Below, one piece after another: positions 1 to 13,169 of a stretch of 64,000 nt of DNA; position 1 is the first letter of the stretch, and each line of letters opens with the position of its first letter. The stretch is taken from NCBI RefSeq assembly GCF_009914755.1, contig NC_060929.1. One strand, written 5' to 3'. Made by a program: the position numbers and the translations under genes. Source of the stretch: the human T2T-CHM13v2.0 reference genome, Homo sapiens. Below the pieces are notes generated by a model that was given only the letters and a program-made list of their open reading frames with translations, did no database searches and was not told where the DNA came from.

Positions 1-175
1 GCTCTCTGGGAGCAGGAGTCCTGACTCGTAGTGTTTGCCAATTTCTGTGGTATAAATACTGCACCATACCCGATTTAAAACTACCCCCATGACCTCAGCT
101 GGGCATGTAAAAATCCTAAAAAATTAACAATAGGCTCTTGCAAGTAAGCATGAGCCAGCTCCAGCACACCACACC
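1..175 (-). mobile_element. MER63-like hAT-Blackjack DNA transposon fragment
   Basis: Reverse complement begins gtggtgtgctggagctggctc...gagcctattgttaattt, like the MER63 terminus. Confidence 0.6.
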
Positions 176-999
176 ATTGCTATGTATGTTTTACAAATGA
201 AAACACTGCTACAAATAAAAAAAAAAAATCGACAGAAGGGTGGACTCAAATTTATGTAAAATTTTTCTGGTTTAAAATCCACGTTTTTACTAATCTACTA
301 TTCAGGAAACAAGCAAACAAACAAAACAAAACAAAATTTGTTGTCTAGATTTCTTTTGTGAAGTCTATATTATCTTGGAGCTCTGTCTGAAGAAAAAATC
401 AAAATTAACCTGGAACTTACAAGGACCCGGGAAAGCCAAGGAGCAGAGCTAGAGAAGTGAAGTCCGCCATCTTCTGGGAATGCGGAATGACACCTTTGAA
501 CCATGCCTTTCAACTTCCAGGTAAAGAAGTAGCAATGCACAGAGAGAATTTCCCACTTCCTTTTTAAAACAGACTAAAGGAATTCGGCAGATCTAGAAGG
601 AAAAATGCCAGCACCTTCTTTGAAGAAACCAAGAGATAGCCGGAAGCTATCTGCATGCTGTAAATTTTAAAATATCAGGAGAAAAAGACACGGGGAGAGG
701 ATTTCTGGACCTGAGGATCTTAAAAAAGGAAAAGCTGACAGAATTCAGTTTGACAAAACAATTAATATTAAATGCCCCTCCCCCCAAAAAAATCAACACT
801 ATCTTATTTAGAAAAAAGAGAGAGGTTATATTGGCTGATGGCAGGGGCATAGTGGATCAGTTCTGGCAGAAAAATAGCAAGGTAAAATGAATCAAAGAGT
901 AGAATCGTATTTTCAGGAAGCCATGTATGTATGAGACTAAAAGAGGAGAAAATTTACAGTATAAGTAGTCTTAGAGCCACCAATTTCAGCTGACAATAA

Positions 1000-1660
1000 A
1001 GAAGAAAGCAAGCACACATAAATCTTGTGTCTTTCTCACACCATATTCACATAGACAGAGAATTCCTCATTCTTGCCTGTGCCTCACATATGATCTGTAA
1101 AAAACTGGGACAGAAAAGCTTTACTTTATTCAGACATAAGGACCTGGTCAGAATCTGTATAATTGTACTTAGAAAAAGAAAAAAAAAAAAAAAAAAAAAA
1201 GGAGAAGACGAGAAGACAGAACAAAAAGACGTACACAAAAAATAAAAAATAAAGATCACCAGAAAATAATGATAAAACAAATATAAATTGATTTCCAAAA
1301 GTAACAAGAACATGTGCTTTTATCTAACAAGACTCCAAATATTGATATGAGTTCATAGAAGATAGTGCAATAAAATAAAAGATACTGCAATACAATGAAA
1401 AATAAATATATAAATAGAGCTCGGGAAAAAATTTGAAGAGTTAAAAAATAGTGACAGAAATAAAGACATGATTGTAAACAGTTAAAAAGACAGTAGAAAT
1501 TGTTGTAAACATAGTAAATGAAAGAGAATACAAGACGAAGAAATCAAGCAAAGGGAATTATAAAAATAGAGTAAAAAGATTTAGAGAGAAAAATGAAGCA
1601 ATGAAGGGAGTTGTTTCCAAGAGTACCAGAATAATGAGGAAAGAAAGTTTAAAGACAAAA
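1000..1660 (+). mobile_element. Highly decayed old L1 (ORF1-region-like) fragment
   Basis: Strongly A/purine-biased plus strand with L1 ORF1-like phrasing and no intact frame. Confidence 0.4.
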
Positions 1661-1663
1661 GCA

Positions 1664-1991
<328 letters not shown>

Positions 1992-2068
1992 TCAATTTTC
2001 AATTATCATAATATATATATTTATATCTTGTATATATTCATATATTTACTTAATTTTTATCGCATTAA

Positions 2069-2429
<361 letters not shown>

Positions 2430-3084
2430 TATCATAGTATATTAACTTGAGTAATTGCATGCTAGCTTTGCAGTCCTCAAGCCACTACATAAATAACAGT
2501 GATTATGATTAGTGACCAAATATGTCACTTTTTTCAAAATCCATCAGTGATTGATCACTGCGTATCTATTATTCAATTCATTTACAGATACTTAAATGTG
2601 TAGTTGCATTGTCTGGTTGGTTCTCAGTGATAAACTCACATGACATTTTACAAAAATGGATAATTGGAAGAGGATATTGGCCAAAATAGATGAAAGTGTA
2701 GCAAACCAAATATGACATTCTTGCAAGTAAAATTCGAATCAAACACAAGTGCAGCTGTAGAACAAATTACAACCACCACGGGAATATTGACAGTGTCACT
2801 ACTTGAGATCTGATGCCACTCCAGATCTGATGCCAACTGAACAGTGAACAAGATATTGACATATTGAATAATGTGGATGTAAAGAAAAGAATGAAATGTC
2901 ACAAAGGAAGTAACACCAGAACAAAATATCCTATTGAAGGAACTTCAGAGATGTTTGACAACAAACTCAGAAAGGAGTATGACAATTTGCTAAGGCAAAA
3001 AGCAGATGCATAAAACATGATACTCTATATCATGTTTTATGATGAGAAGAAGGCAAGCACTATTTAAACTATGCTTAAGTTTTG

Positions 3085-3479
3085 TTTTTATTTTTGCTCT
3101 TGTCTTGAGACAGGGTATCTGTTTGTCGCCCAGGCTGGAATGCAGCTCAAGTGATTCTCCCACCTCAGTGTCCCAAACAGACTACAAGCTACACACCAAT
3201 AGCACCAGATATTTCTCACTTCTCCTTCCCCTTCCCCCTCCCCTTCCCCTTGCCTTTCCCTTCTTTCCTTCTTCCCTTCCCTCCTCCTCCTCATCCTCTT
3301 CCCTCCCTCTCTCTTTCCTCTTCCCTCCCTCCCTTCCTTCCTTCCTTCCTTTCTCTCTTTTGTAGATACAAGTTCTGACAACATTGCCAGGCTGGTCTTA
3401 AAATCCTGGGCTCAAGAAATCCTCCTGCCTTGATTTCCCAAGATGTTGGGATTACAGGCATAAAACACCAGGCCCAGCC
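3085..3479 (-). mobile_element. AluJ with the middle linker expanded into a CT-rich tract (~3215-3360)
   Basis: Both Alu arms are recognisable (gagacagggt...; ctgggctcaag...cccagcc) on either side of a polypyrimidine repeat. Confidence 0.8.
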
Positions 3480-3796
3480 AAGTTTTTTTTTTCTTTTTTA
3501 ATAAAGAAACAAAACACTTTAATCCTCAATATTTCTACTGTGTCAAATTATAGCATACTCAATAATAGTCGCTTAATATGTTTTTTCATTTTCTATACAT
3601 TTATGACCAATAGTAGAAGAGTTTTAGAGCTTTGACTAAAAAATTTAAAGGTAGTAGAGCATTTGTGATTTTCTCAATTAATTATTAAGATATATCACTT
3701 TGCATGGGTTTCAGTGTGCACAGACGTTCTATGGTCTCGCACTGCCATACAAAAAGAGGACTTTCTGTAGTAGAATTCCTGAAGAAACCACTAAGA

Positions 3797-3982
3797 AGGG
3801 ATCAACAAACTACTTTTTTTGTAAAGAGGAAGATAGTAAATATTTTAGATTTTGAAGCCCACATATATCAATATCATCTTTTTCTTTTCTTTTCTAACCC
3901 TGCCAAATAAGATGCAAAAATCATTCTTAGATCAAGGGCCTTCTAGATTTAGCCCACTAGTCATAGGTCACCAACTTCCGAA
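3797..3982 (+). mobile_element. MER58-type hAT-Charlie element
   Basis: gggatcaacaaact...gtaaag...gatagtaaatattttag...gatttagccc motif order. Confidence 0.6.
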
Positions 3983-4302
3983 CTAACATAACAAAATAAA
4001 GACTTAGAGTTAATGGGCAAATACTAAGATATTATTTTTTAAATTTAATTAGTTCAAAAGATGATAGGAAAAAAAAACCAGAGAACAAAACTAGACGGTA
4101 CAAATAGAAAACAAATAGATTATAAATTCAAACCTAACCCATGAAAGATACCTTAAATGTAAATAGTACAAATACTTCAATATGTTATTTAGAAATGAAG
4201 TTAATCACTATTACACAAGTCTGTTTTCAGGTAAATTTTTCATGGTCACTCAAACGGATCTGAGACAAGGAGGTTAATTTCACATTCAAAATGTCTCCTG
4301 CT

Positions 4303-4590
4303 GGTCCAGCACCAGTACCATGGCTCATGCCTGTAATCCCAGCACTTTGAGAGGCTGAGGCAGGCGGATCACCTGAGGTCAGGAGCTCCAGACCAGCTTG
4401 GCCAACATGGCAAAAACCCCTCTCTCCTAAAAATATAAAAATTACCCAGGCATGGTGGCATACACCTGTAATCTTAGCTACTCCCTAACCCGGGAGGCAG
4501 AGGTTGCAGCGAGCTGTGGTCACGCCACTGCACTCCAGCCTGGGCAACAACAAAAACAAAAAAAAAAAAAAAAAAAAAGGAAAAAAAAGA
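4303..4590 (+). mobile_element. AluS with internal deletion in the right arm
   Basis: ggctcatgcctgtaatcccagcac...gatcacctgaggtcagg, poly(A), and TSD aaa(t)gtctcctgc on both sides. Confidence 0.9.
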
Positions 4591-5664
4591 AAAGTCTCCT
4601 GCATCCTCAGTCTGTAATTTTAGAGTAGTTTATTGTTTCCATCTTTTACGAATTACGTTAAGATACTTTACCTAAAAATCAACTTAATGCTTAATGAACA
4701 CTTGGCTCTATTATATTGCTTTAAAATGTTTGGGTTTTTGTTAAAACATAGTATTTTTGAAAGCCAGAAGCAGATACCACTGGTCATAGCATTTCCTCAG
4801 CATCTAACTGAGGTTCTCAAATAAACATTTTTATTGAATGATTGAATAAATAAATATAAATGAACAAACATACGTTCACTTAAATGTAAGGAGTGCCTGC
4901 TTTACTTTTTGTAACATTGTTTCCAGTGATGGAAATATTCCTTTCCAATAGTATTTCCATGTGCTTTTATATTCTTTATATTTAAATACCTGTGCAAGTT
5001 TTATAGTGTGTTTAGATATCTTAATGTTTAGCCATTATTCTGTTCTTGAGAGTTTGAATAGGTTTCTATTGTATATTTTATAAATAGCACTTCTATAAAC
5101 ATTTTTTTTCTCTTTGGAGTTAACTTCCAAAATGTTCAAAATGCTATTATTGGATCAAATATATAAAAACTTACTGTTTGTTACCTATTGTCTGAAATAT
5201 TGACTCCTGCTGATTTGAATTAACCCAAAGAGCTATCATTCCTGCATATCGGTTTCCTACAAACCTGCCAATAACATTTTTACGTATTTTTATAACTTTA
5301 ATTATTTTAGGGCATTTATTTTTCTCATGTGGAGAGACAATTTGACTTTTCTATGTGATAATCTCTCATCTGTATTTCTTCAATTTTATCAGCTATAAAC
5401 CAAAATTAAATTTCCTTATTGCTAGTGACAATAGCAATTAAGGTGAGGGTGACTTTTCCATTACTGAGTTGTTCCTGATGTGTATTACATTGATATCTCA
5501 TAATACTTTATATCACCTTTTAGCATTTATTTTATTATTTTAGATTGTTTTTTCAACTTAGAGCCACGTGCTTTAGAAGATTATTATGTAACTTGACTTA
5601 AATTCTGGTAGGTTAAACCTCTTCACCATCTTTTTATTTGAAAAATGTCTTCTTGAAATGTCTT

Positions 5665-6590
5665 ATTCGATCACTGGGCTAGAAAATACAAGATGAGACT
5701 GAGACATCTTGCAGTGCTCAAAATAAGAAAGTAAAAGTGCTCAAAACCCAAAACGATAGGGCAGAGTTCCCAATGGCCAAAGCTGGATCAATCTGAGTAA
5801 CAAAGTCAGTCAAATAGTATTAGATTATAACCTAAAGTAAAAAGTAAATATCCAGGTGTAAATGTGAATATAAATAAATTACTAAATAAATAAATGAACA
5901 GGGGAGAAGAGACAAATATCCTACAGAAGAATTTCAGGTAATTTTGTAAATCTACACTTCAAAAAGTTAGAGAAAAATTGGCAGTCCCTTAAGAGTGGAC
6001 TATGCTTAGTGACTCGTTTCCAAAAGGACAGTATAGAAAGCAGCATGCCAGTGGAGACCTTACCTAGGTTTCAAGGTTAACATGATCACTAATGAGCAAT
6101 ATTGAAAACATCTGTCCATGCCATGATATGATGTGCTGAGAATGGCATTTTTACCTCAGTGGTCTTCCTCCCAAAGCCCACAACCACAGTCTGTCCATTA
6201 GCTAAAATATTAAAAAAAAAAAACCCAAACTGAGAGATATTCTACAAAACACTCTAGTACACCTCAACGTCAAAGTTATTTAAAAAAAAAAACAAAAACT
6301 GTGAAGCTTCCACAGCATAAAAGAATTTAAGGATACATGATGGCTAAATGCACTGTAGTTTTCTGGTGGAATTCTAGAGGTGAGAAAGGTCATTAGGGAA
6401 GAAACATGAAAATCTGAATAAACCACAGAATTTATTTAATAACAATGTATACTTATTGGCTGATTATTTGTGACAAAAGTACTAATGTAACTGAAAATGA
6501 TCGCAAGAGGGGAAGTGAGTTGTGGGATATACAGGACCTTCATACTATCCTGTAACTTTTCTACAAACCTGAAAGTATCATAAAATATAG
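5665..6590 (+). mobile_element. L1MC/L1MD-type 3' end
   Basis: atacaagatgag...catcttgcagtgc; aatggcatttt...ggtcttcctcccaaa; gaaaatctgaataaa...tgtgacaaa; terminal tgtaacttttctacaaacctgaaa. Confidence 0.7.
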
Positions 6591-6609
6591 TTGTTCATTA
6601 ATACGTTTT

Positions 6610-7772
6610 TCAAAATTTTAATTACATAGATTTTCCATCACACTTTATTACAACAATATTCATCTCATTTCCTTGCCTGCATACATGCAAGAAGATATGA
6701 CAATAAAATAAACTCTGGCAGGAAATATTAGATAAACCAACTGATCTGTTAATGTTTCTCTTTCACTACATATAGTAAATAATTAAGAATATAGAATTTA
6801 TAAGTCAAACATCATAATATTCTTATCAGGTATATGTCTGGTTTAGAAATTGATTTAATTTATGAATTTCCTAGATTTAGATTTCTTCCAACTCCTAAAT
6901 TAATTCTAAACCTGTATTCTGTTGAGAGAATCTAAGCTGTCACCTTGTTCCTGAGGCTATAGGACGGCCATGCTCCTCTCATATATGTTATAAAAATTGA
7001 AGTCCTTACCATATAACAAGACCATTTTTACTGGGCTCCACACAAATAATAAGGACTGAAATCTTTGTTCAGTGTTGTTAAAGAGCACAATAATCAACAC
7101 AGTCACAATCTACTAAATAACTAAATGTCATTAGAAGCCAATTCCATATGCTAACCCATACTGTCACCATTCTTCAGCATTGAAGAGCCTGACCTTCACT
7201 TGTAATGTCTCTATGAGGAAATGTGTAATGGAGATGACAAATACCTGCCTCACCCCACCACAGTGCTGGTGAGGAGAGGACACTTTCCATTGTCCCTTCA
7301 GAGGGAGCAGAAGAGTGAAGCTCAACAAATGGGGCAGCAGCTAGATCTTTCATAAAATAGGTGTCCAAAATGAGAAGATTTCCTTAATGCCAATGAATAC
7401 ATTGTAACCAAGAAAATGGTTTTCACAAGCTTTATTATTTTTTGCCTAAGTTGGGTAACATGGAACTGACTCAGAAATGTTCATAGAGTTCACCCTTTTA
7501 AGCTAAAAAGTAATTACATGTTTTTAGCAAGTCCTGTCTTCAGCAGTTGGTTTATTGAAAGAAGCATCTTCATCTTCTTCATCTAGCTGTAGATGACCAG
7601 AAGACACATGGATTCTGGCCATGGAGACTTTATTCCTTTGCCATACAAAGAGTAATAGTCTGGTTTAAGAATCTCTGCTTCAGAATCACTGGATTCACCA
7701 GCTACATATCTTTCTGCTATACTCTGATCCATTAGAACTGCTGGAAACTCCTGCTCTGCAAATATATATGCA
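6610..7772 (-). pseudogene. 5'-truncated, frameshifted retrocopy of the FRMD7 3' end (C-terminal ~90 codons plus ~880-nt 3'UTR)
   Basis: Minus strand 7772-7498 translates, with two 1-nt frameshifts (~7625 and ~7530), as [86 protein letters not shown]. This resembles the FRMD7 C-terminus as I recall it (...[28 protein letters not shown]). Minus-strand AATAAA at 6649-6644. Possible degenerate TSDs catta(a)tacgtttt at ~6596 and cattactgtttt at 7771. Confidence 0.82.
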
Positions 7773-7799
7773 TTACTGTTTTGTTTGTCAAAATCAGTA

Positions 7800-8550
7800 T
7801 TTAATAAGTGCTAAAAATGAGGTTTACTAAAACTAAGGCTAGAAACAAGGAGAATTCAAGTATCTCTATAACCATTGAAGAAAACAAATCAGTAGCTCAT
7901 TTTTTTCTACAACAAAACTGTGGCATTATAGGATATCTTTAATGAATTCTGTCTACCATTCATGAAAGCAATAATTCCATCTCACAGAAATTATTTAAGA
8001 CAATGGAAAACATGTTGATACTGCCTACCTGATTTTATGTGGCTAATATAAGTTTGCCATCTAAATCCAACAAAAAGAGTTAAAGAAAATGCATTTTACA
8101 GGGAAATATCTTGTATAAAAAATGAAAAATTTTATAAAACTCAAAAATTTTAAACAAGCAAATGGAAGATAATAATTTTAAAAAGTTATAATTACCAATA
8201 TTGACTTCTTCCAGATCTTCAAATTTGGTTCAAATGAGAAATATTATTTAAGGTAATCACTCAGGTTAATTTACTAAAGGGGAAATAAACAGGTCAATAG
8301 AGTTATAAATATATATGAAAAGATTTCATATTCATTTATGAGTAAAAAGAAGACACTATGATTAAAAGGCAATTCCTTCTTCTGCTAAAGGTATCTTTAA
8401 AAACAACCTTAAGATACTTTATAATTAAGAGTAAAATGGTAAACATTTTCTCTGAAACCAGGAACAAAATAAGAATTCTCCCTATCATATTTCTTATTCG
8501 ATATTGTATTGGATTCTTTATTCATGCAGAAAGACAAGGAAAACAAAAAT
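7800..8550 (+). mobile_element. Ancient L1 ORF2 fragment
   Basis: Decayed L1 RT-region phrases (gaaagcaataattccatct...gattttatgtggc; tctgaaaccaggaacaaaataaga...). Confidence 0.6.
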
Positions 8551-9344
8551 ATATATATGTATATATAAATATACATCTATGTATATAGATATATATTTTT
8601 TCTTGATTGCACTAACACTGTTCCCTGCCAGATACTGCTGCACGTATTTGCTCCTTTCTAGCAAGACTTTCTAAAGTTTGCTCACATGTGCTTTCTCCAC
8701 TTTTTCTCGCTGTATGCCCTTTTAAATCCACTGCAAAAAGAATGCTGGACTCAATACATCATGAAATTACAAGCATCAAGCACACTTATAACCACATGGA
8801 AACCAAAGTTAACAGTCAATTCAAACCTCTCCTCATTCTTGACTTAGCAGCAGCTTTTGACAAGGTTGACACATTCTCTTCTCCTTACATTTTCTTTGTC
8901 TTCTAAGAGGTTTTCCTGCAGCTCAAGAAATATTTATTCTCAGTTTCATTCATTGTTTTTTCTTCTCTCTCTCTCTACCATACACATGTCTTAATGAGGG
9001 TTTGCCCCTGAAAATGGACCTAGTTCTTCTCTCACTACACTCACATTTTTTACATATTATCTAGCCCCATGACATTAAATACCATACAGAAGGTAATTAC
9101 TGCTAAGAGGTTCCAATTTACAATTCAAAACTTCATGTATCTTACTCTATCTAAAGCTGAAATCTGTTTTTTTCTCCCTAATGCTCTATCGCTTCAAATA
9201 AAAGCAGATTTATAGTCTCCAGTTGCTAAGGCCAAAATCTTTGACTTAGGAGTCATCCTTAACAACACTCCCAAAAACTCCATATATAATACTTGAGAAA
9301 TTTCTGTTGTATCAACTTTAAAGCCAGAAGACAGAGTGAAAATT

Positions 9345-9770
9345 CTATTTTTTTAACTTTTATTTTAAGTTCAGAGGTACCTGTGCAGGTTTGTTATATA
9401 GGTAAACCCATGTCATGGGGGTTTGTTATACAGATTATTATATAGACTATATATAATTTTTGAGTTTTATAAAATTATTCATTTTTATACAAGATATTTT
9501 CCTGTTAAATACCTTTTGTTTAACTATTTTTATTGGATTTAGATGGCAAAGTTATATTAACCATATAAAATCAGATAGGCAGTATCAACATGTTTTCCAT
9601 TCTCTTAAATAATTTGTGTGAGATGGAATTATTGCTTTCATGAATGGTTAGAAGAATTTACTAAAGATATTCTATGATACCTTAGTTTTGTTGTAGAAAA
9701 AAATGAGTTACTGGTTTGTTATACAGATTATTTCATCACCCAGGTATTAAGCCGAGTATCCATTAGTTAA
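9345..9770 (-). mobile_element. Short L1PA (older primate) 3' end, split by a 273-bp insertion
   Basis: aacttttattttaagttcagaggtac..tgtgcaggtttgttatataggtaaac...gggggtttgttatacagattatt / tcatcacccaggtattaagcc. Confidence 0.8.
9455..9712 (-). repeat. Inverted copy of 7891-8149
   Basis: The reverse complement aligns end to end with 7891-8149 (e.g. catgaaagcaataattccatctcac, ggaaaacatgttgatactgccta, tttgccatctaaatccaa). Flanked by an identical 20-mer at 9420-9439 and 9713-9732. Confidence 0.92.
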
Positions 9771-9865
9771 AACTTAGTTAGTATAATATCAACCTTCTGC
9801 TAAAAATTCTACAGTATCTTCCCATGTAACATAGAGTAAAAGTCAGAATGTATATAAGACCCTAC

Positions 9866-10332
9866 ATATTAGTTTCCTATTCCTATTGTAAGAAATAACC
9901 ACAAACCCAATGAATTAAAACAACACAAATTAATTTTCTTATAGCTGTTAAATGTCAGAAGTCTAAAACCAAGGAGATGATAGGGTTGCATTCCTTCTGG
10001 AAGCTTCAAAGGAGACTCCGCTTCCTTGCCTTTTCCAGCTGTCTGCATTCTGTGGCTTGTGTCCCCTTCCTTCATCTCCAAAGTGCATCATTTCAACCTC
10101 TACTTCCATTGTCACATCTCTTTTTTCTAAAATTGACTCTCTTGCTTCACTCTTGACAGAGACCCATGAGTTATGTTGGGATCATTCATGTAATCCAGGA
10201 TACTTGCTTCACATCAAGATCCTTAATTTGATCACATTTGCATAGTCTCTTCAGACATTTGAAGTGACATGCTCACAGTTGTGAGGATTAGGGTGTGGCC
10301 ATCCTTGGGGGCCATTATTCAGTCTACCACAC
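9866..10332 (-). mobile_element. MLT1 (MLT1C/D-like) MaLR solo LTR
   Basis: tattagtttcctatt...aaaacaacacaaatt...ccttgccttttccagct...ttaatttgatcacatttgca...ttcagtctaccaca. Confidence 0.8.
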
Positions 10333-11159
10333 CCTAGGGATTCTGGGCACCCCCCGACCCATTACCTCTTTTCCTACCTCTTCTCCTACCACTTTCCTCT
10401 TGCTTCCTTTGCTTCAGCTACAGTTGACTCCTTGCTTTCCTCAAATATTCACTAGAACCTCTCAATTTAAAGCATTTGCAGTAACTATTTCTTCTTCATG
10501 AAAATAGTAACCCCTTGATAACTGCTGGTCTCATTCACTTCCTTCCAGTCCTTTGCTCAAATATCACCTTCTCCGTGAGGAAGCATTGATCACCATGACC
10601 TGTTCTGCCCTATTCCCAATATTCCTTATCTTGCTACATCTCTTCTTTTCTGATTGCACTTACATTTGTAACAACTATAAGAATAATATGTCTCACGTTT
10701 ATTTTGAATTTCCTGTATTTCTCACTAAAAATGCAAGCTTCGTGAGGACAGGATGGTTGCCTTCCATGCAGTGATGTGACCAAGTGACCTAGAGATTGCC
10801 CAGAAAATACTTGGTGTTCCACGCCTGTTATGAATTTGTGAATGAAGCAATCCACAAGAAAACAATAGACATCCTGAAGAAACTATTGGTAAAACACTTG
10901 AAAAACTTCAATACGTGGTTATAATCATCCAGAAGAAGTGTCAAAGTAACCGAAACTTGAACTGTTTACTAAATTCTAGAACAGATAACCCAGGATGGAA
11001 CCCTTAAAAATTGTGTTTATTTCATTATCTGCTTGGATTTATTTTTGGTAACACAAAAAGTAAACGTTTTGATCTAAAAAAACTTAATTACAAAGATGGA
11101 AGATTACTGATATTGAGAAAAATGAGAATAAAAAAGATATTTTTAAAATTCTAAAAATA

Positions 11160-12660
11160 AGAAGTTAAGATGTTGACATCAAATAACAGGAACTCATTCA
11201 CTGCTGGTGGAAGTTTTACTGGCTACAACTTAGGAAAGTACTATGACAACTTCTGAAAAGATTAAAGCTAGGTTCATACTATAGAACAGCAATTTTACTT
11301 CAGATTATATACTAATGTACATGAGTATCAGGATACATGCACAGAAATGATCGTAGGAGCATTGTTGGTAACAGTCAAAACTAGGGGAAGAGGCCACTCC
11401 ATATACACATTGATATTGCATAACATATCCATTGATATGTGATCCATATTAATAGGATTGTACTGAATTCAAATACGTTTATGTAGAAAGATACGCTACA
11501 CAACAATATTTGGCAAAAGAAGAAAGACAAAAGATTATCTGAACTATGATTACGCTTAAATTTCAAAAATAGCCAAAATTCTAGTATTTTATTTAGAAAT
11601 ACCTATATAGATATTCAAACTATAAAGAAAAACAGACACTATTATCACAAAATAAAGCTTAATAGCACCTCTTGGAAGGAAAAATGGTGTTGCTATTAAT
11701 ACACCACAAAGAGGGATTCCTGGGGGCTAGAAATTTTCCATTTCCTGGCCTGGGGAGAGGACACATCCATTGATTTGTATTTATTTGTTAAAGTGTATAC
11801 ATGTTTTATGTAAATTGAAATATGCATTATTTAAAAAATTTTTAAAACATAAAGGTCAATTAATAAAGACAGACTGTGGATCAAAAAAAACACTACCATG
11901 TCAATAGAAAGATTGACAAAGGATCTGAACACATTTGCAAAATGCAAAATGCTTCAAACACATAGATGCTCATGCTCACTTAGCATGAACAATAAAATGT
12001 CACTCGTAAATCTTTTCACTTATAAACCAAAATAAATAAAAATGATAATGGTGATACAGTGATTTGCTACAGATGTGGAAAAATAGTTACTTTCCTAGTC
12101 ATTGGTTTAGGTTGAAACAACCTCAATGGAGAGTAATATAAAATCCCTATCAAAGTTTAAAACTTTTCAAGACTATGATTCAGCGTTTCTACTTGTAGTC
12201 ATATTTCCTAAAGATATAACTCTGTGTCAAATAGCACCTGTCATATTGCTATATTAGTAATTTTTTTCAAAAAAACTAAACGTCCTTTAAAAATGTTAAA
12301 ACAATTACAGTGCACCCATTAGAAAGAATATTATTCAGCTACTCAAAAAGAGAAAAACATCTTTATGTACTGTAATGCAGTGAGTCCTAGGTTACATTTT
12401 TTAGTTAAAAAAAAAAAAAAAGCAGATTCCATTAACATCTCACATCTCATAAAGTACACTGCCATGTTTCCAAAAACAAGATAACACACGTCTTTACATG
12501 TTTCTCTTGGAATATGTAACAAAAAACTGGAAATATATATATTTTTAAAGAAGAAAACTAGGGATATCTGAGGATCAAGATGAGAATCTTAGTTTTAACT
12601 GTATACCTTTTCTGTATAAAGTGCATGCATCATCAATTCCAAATATAAATTAAATAATAA
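11160..12660 (+). mobile_element. L1ME-type 3' fragments
   Basis: aggaactcattcactgctggtgg...agcaattttactt...; ttgacaaaggatctgaacac...gatgctca. Confidence 0.6.
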
Positions 12661-12846
12661 ACACATAATGGCTATGAAAATTAATTGGATTTTTCTGTGA
12701 AATAGTCAAAATAGCTCTATTACATATGCAATCTTAGTTTTGTACTTAACTAGAAAAAAATCTGCTAATTTATTAATCAGTGCACTACTTAAAAATATAA
12801 CTGTTTTGATGTGGTAATATATATTAATAAATGTAAGAATATTCTT

Positions 12847-13145
12847 TTTTGTTTGTTTGTTTTTTTGAGACGGAGTCTCACTTTGTTGCCTATGCTGGAG
12901 TGCAGTGGCGCAGTCTCCACTCACTGCAATCTCCGCCTCCCGGCTTCAAGCAATTTTCTGCCTCAGCCTCCTGAATAGCTGGGATTACAGGCACGTGCCA
13001 CCAAGCCCAGCTAATTTTTGTATTTTTAGTAGAGATGGGGTTTCCTCATCTTGGCCAGGCTGGTCTTGAACTCCTGACCTCGTGATCCACCTGCCTCGGC
13101 CCCCCAAAGTGCTGGGATTACAGGCGTGAGCCACCGTGCCCGGCC
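12847..13145 (-). mobile_element. AluS
   Basis: Full-length Alu with TSD aagaatattctt at 12835-12846 and 13146-13157. Confidence 0.95.
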
Positions 13146-13169
13146 AAGAATATTCTTAATAATGGCGAA

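Larger units (their letters stand above)
8640..10855 (+). mobile_element. L2 LINE (fragmented), interrupted by an L1PA piece and an MLT1 LTR
   Basis: ORF 8688-8906 contains LLILDLAAAFDKVD (L2 RT motif LLDLSAAFDTVDH). L2 3' body at 10340-10855 ends in gtgaatgaa. Confidence 0.75.

Noticed and set aside
3039-3384. Pro/Ser-rich and Glu/Gly/Arg-rich ORFs
   Set aside because: Translations of the CT-rich microsatellite inside an Alu.
7174-7368. 64-aa ORF (MDTYFMKDLAAAPF...)
   Set aside because: Lies in the 3'UTR part of the FRMD7 retrocopy, has a non-ATG start and shows no recognisable homology.
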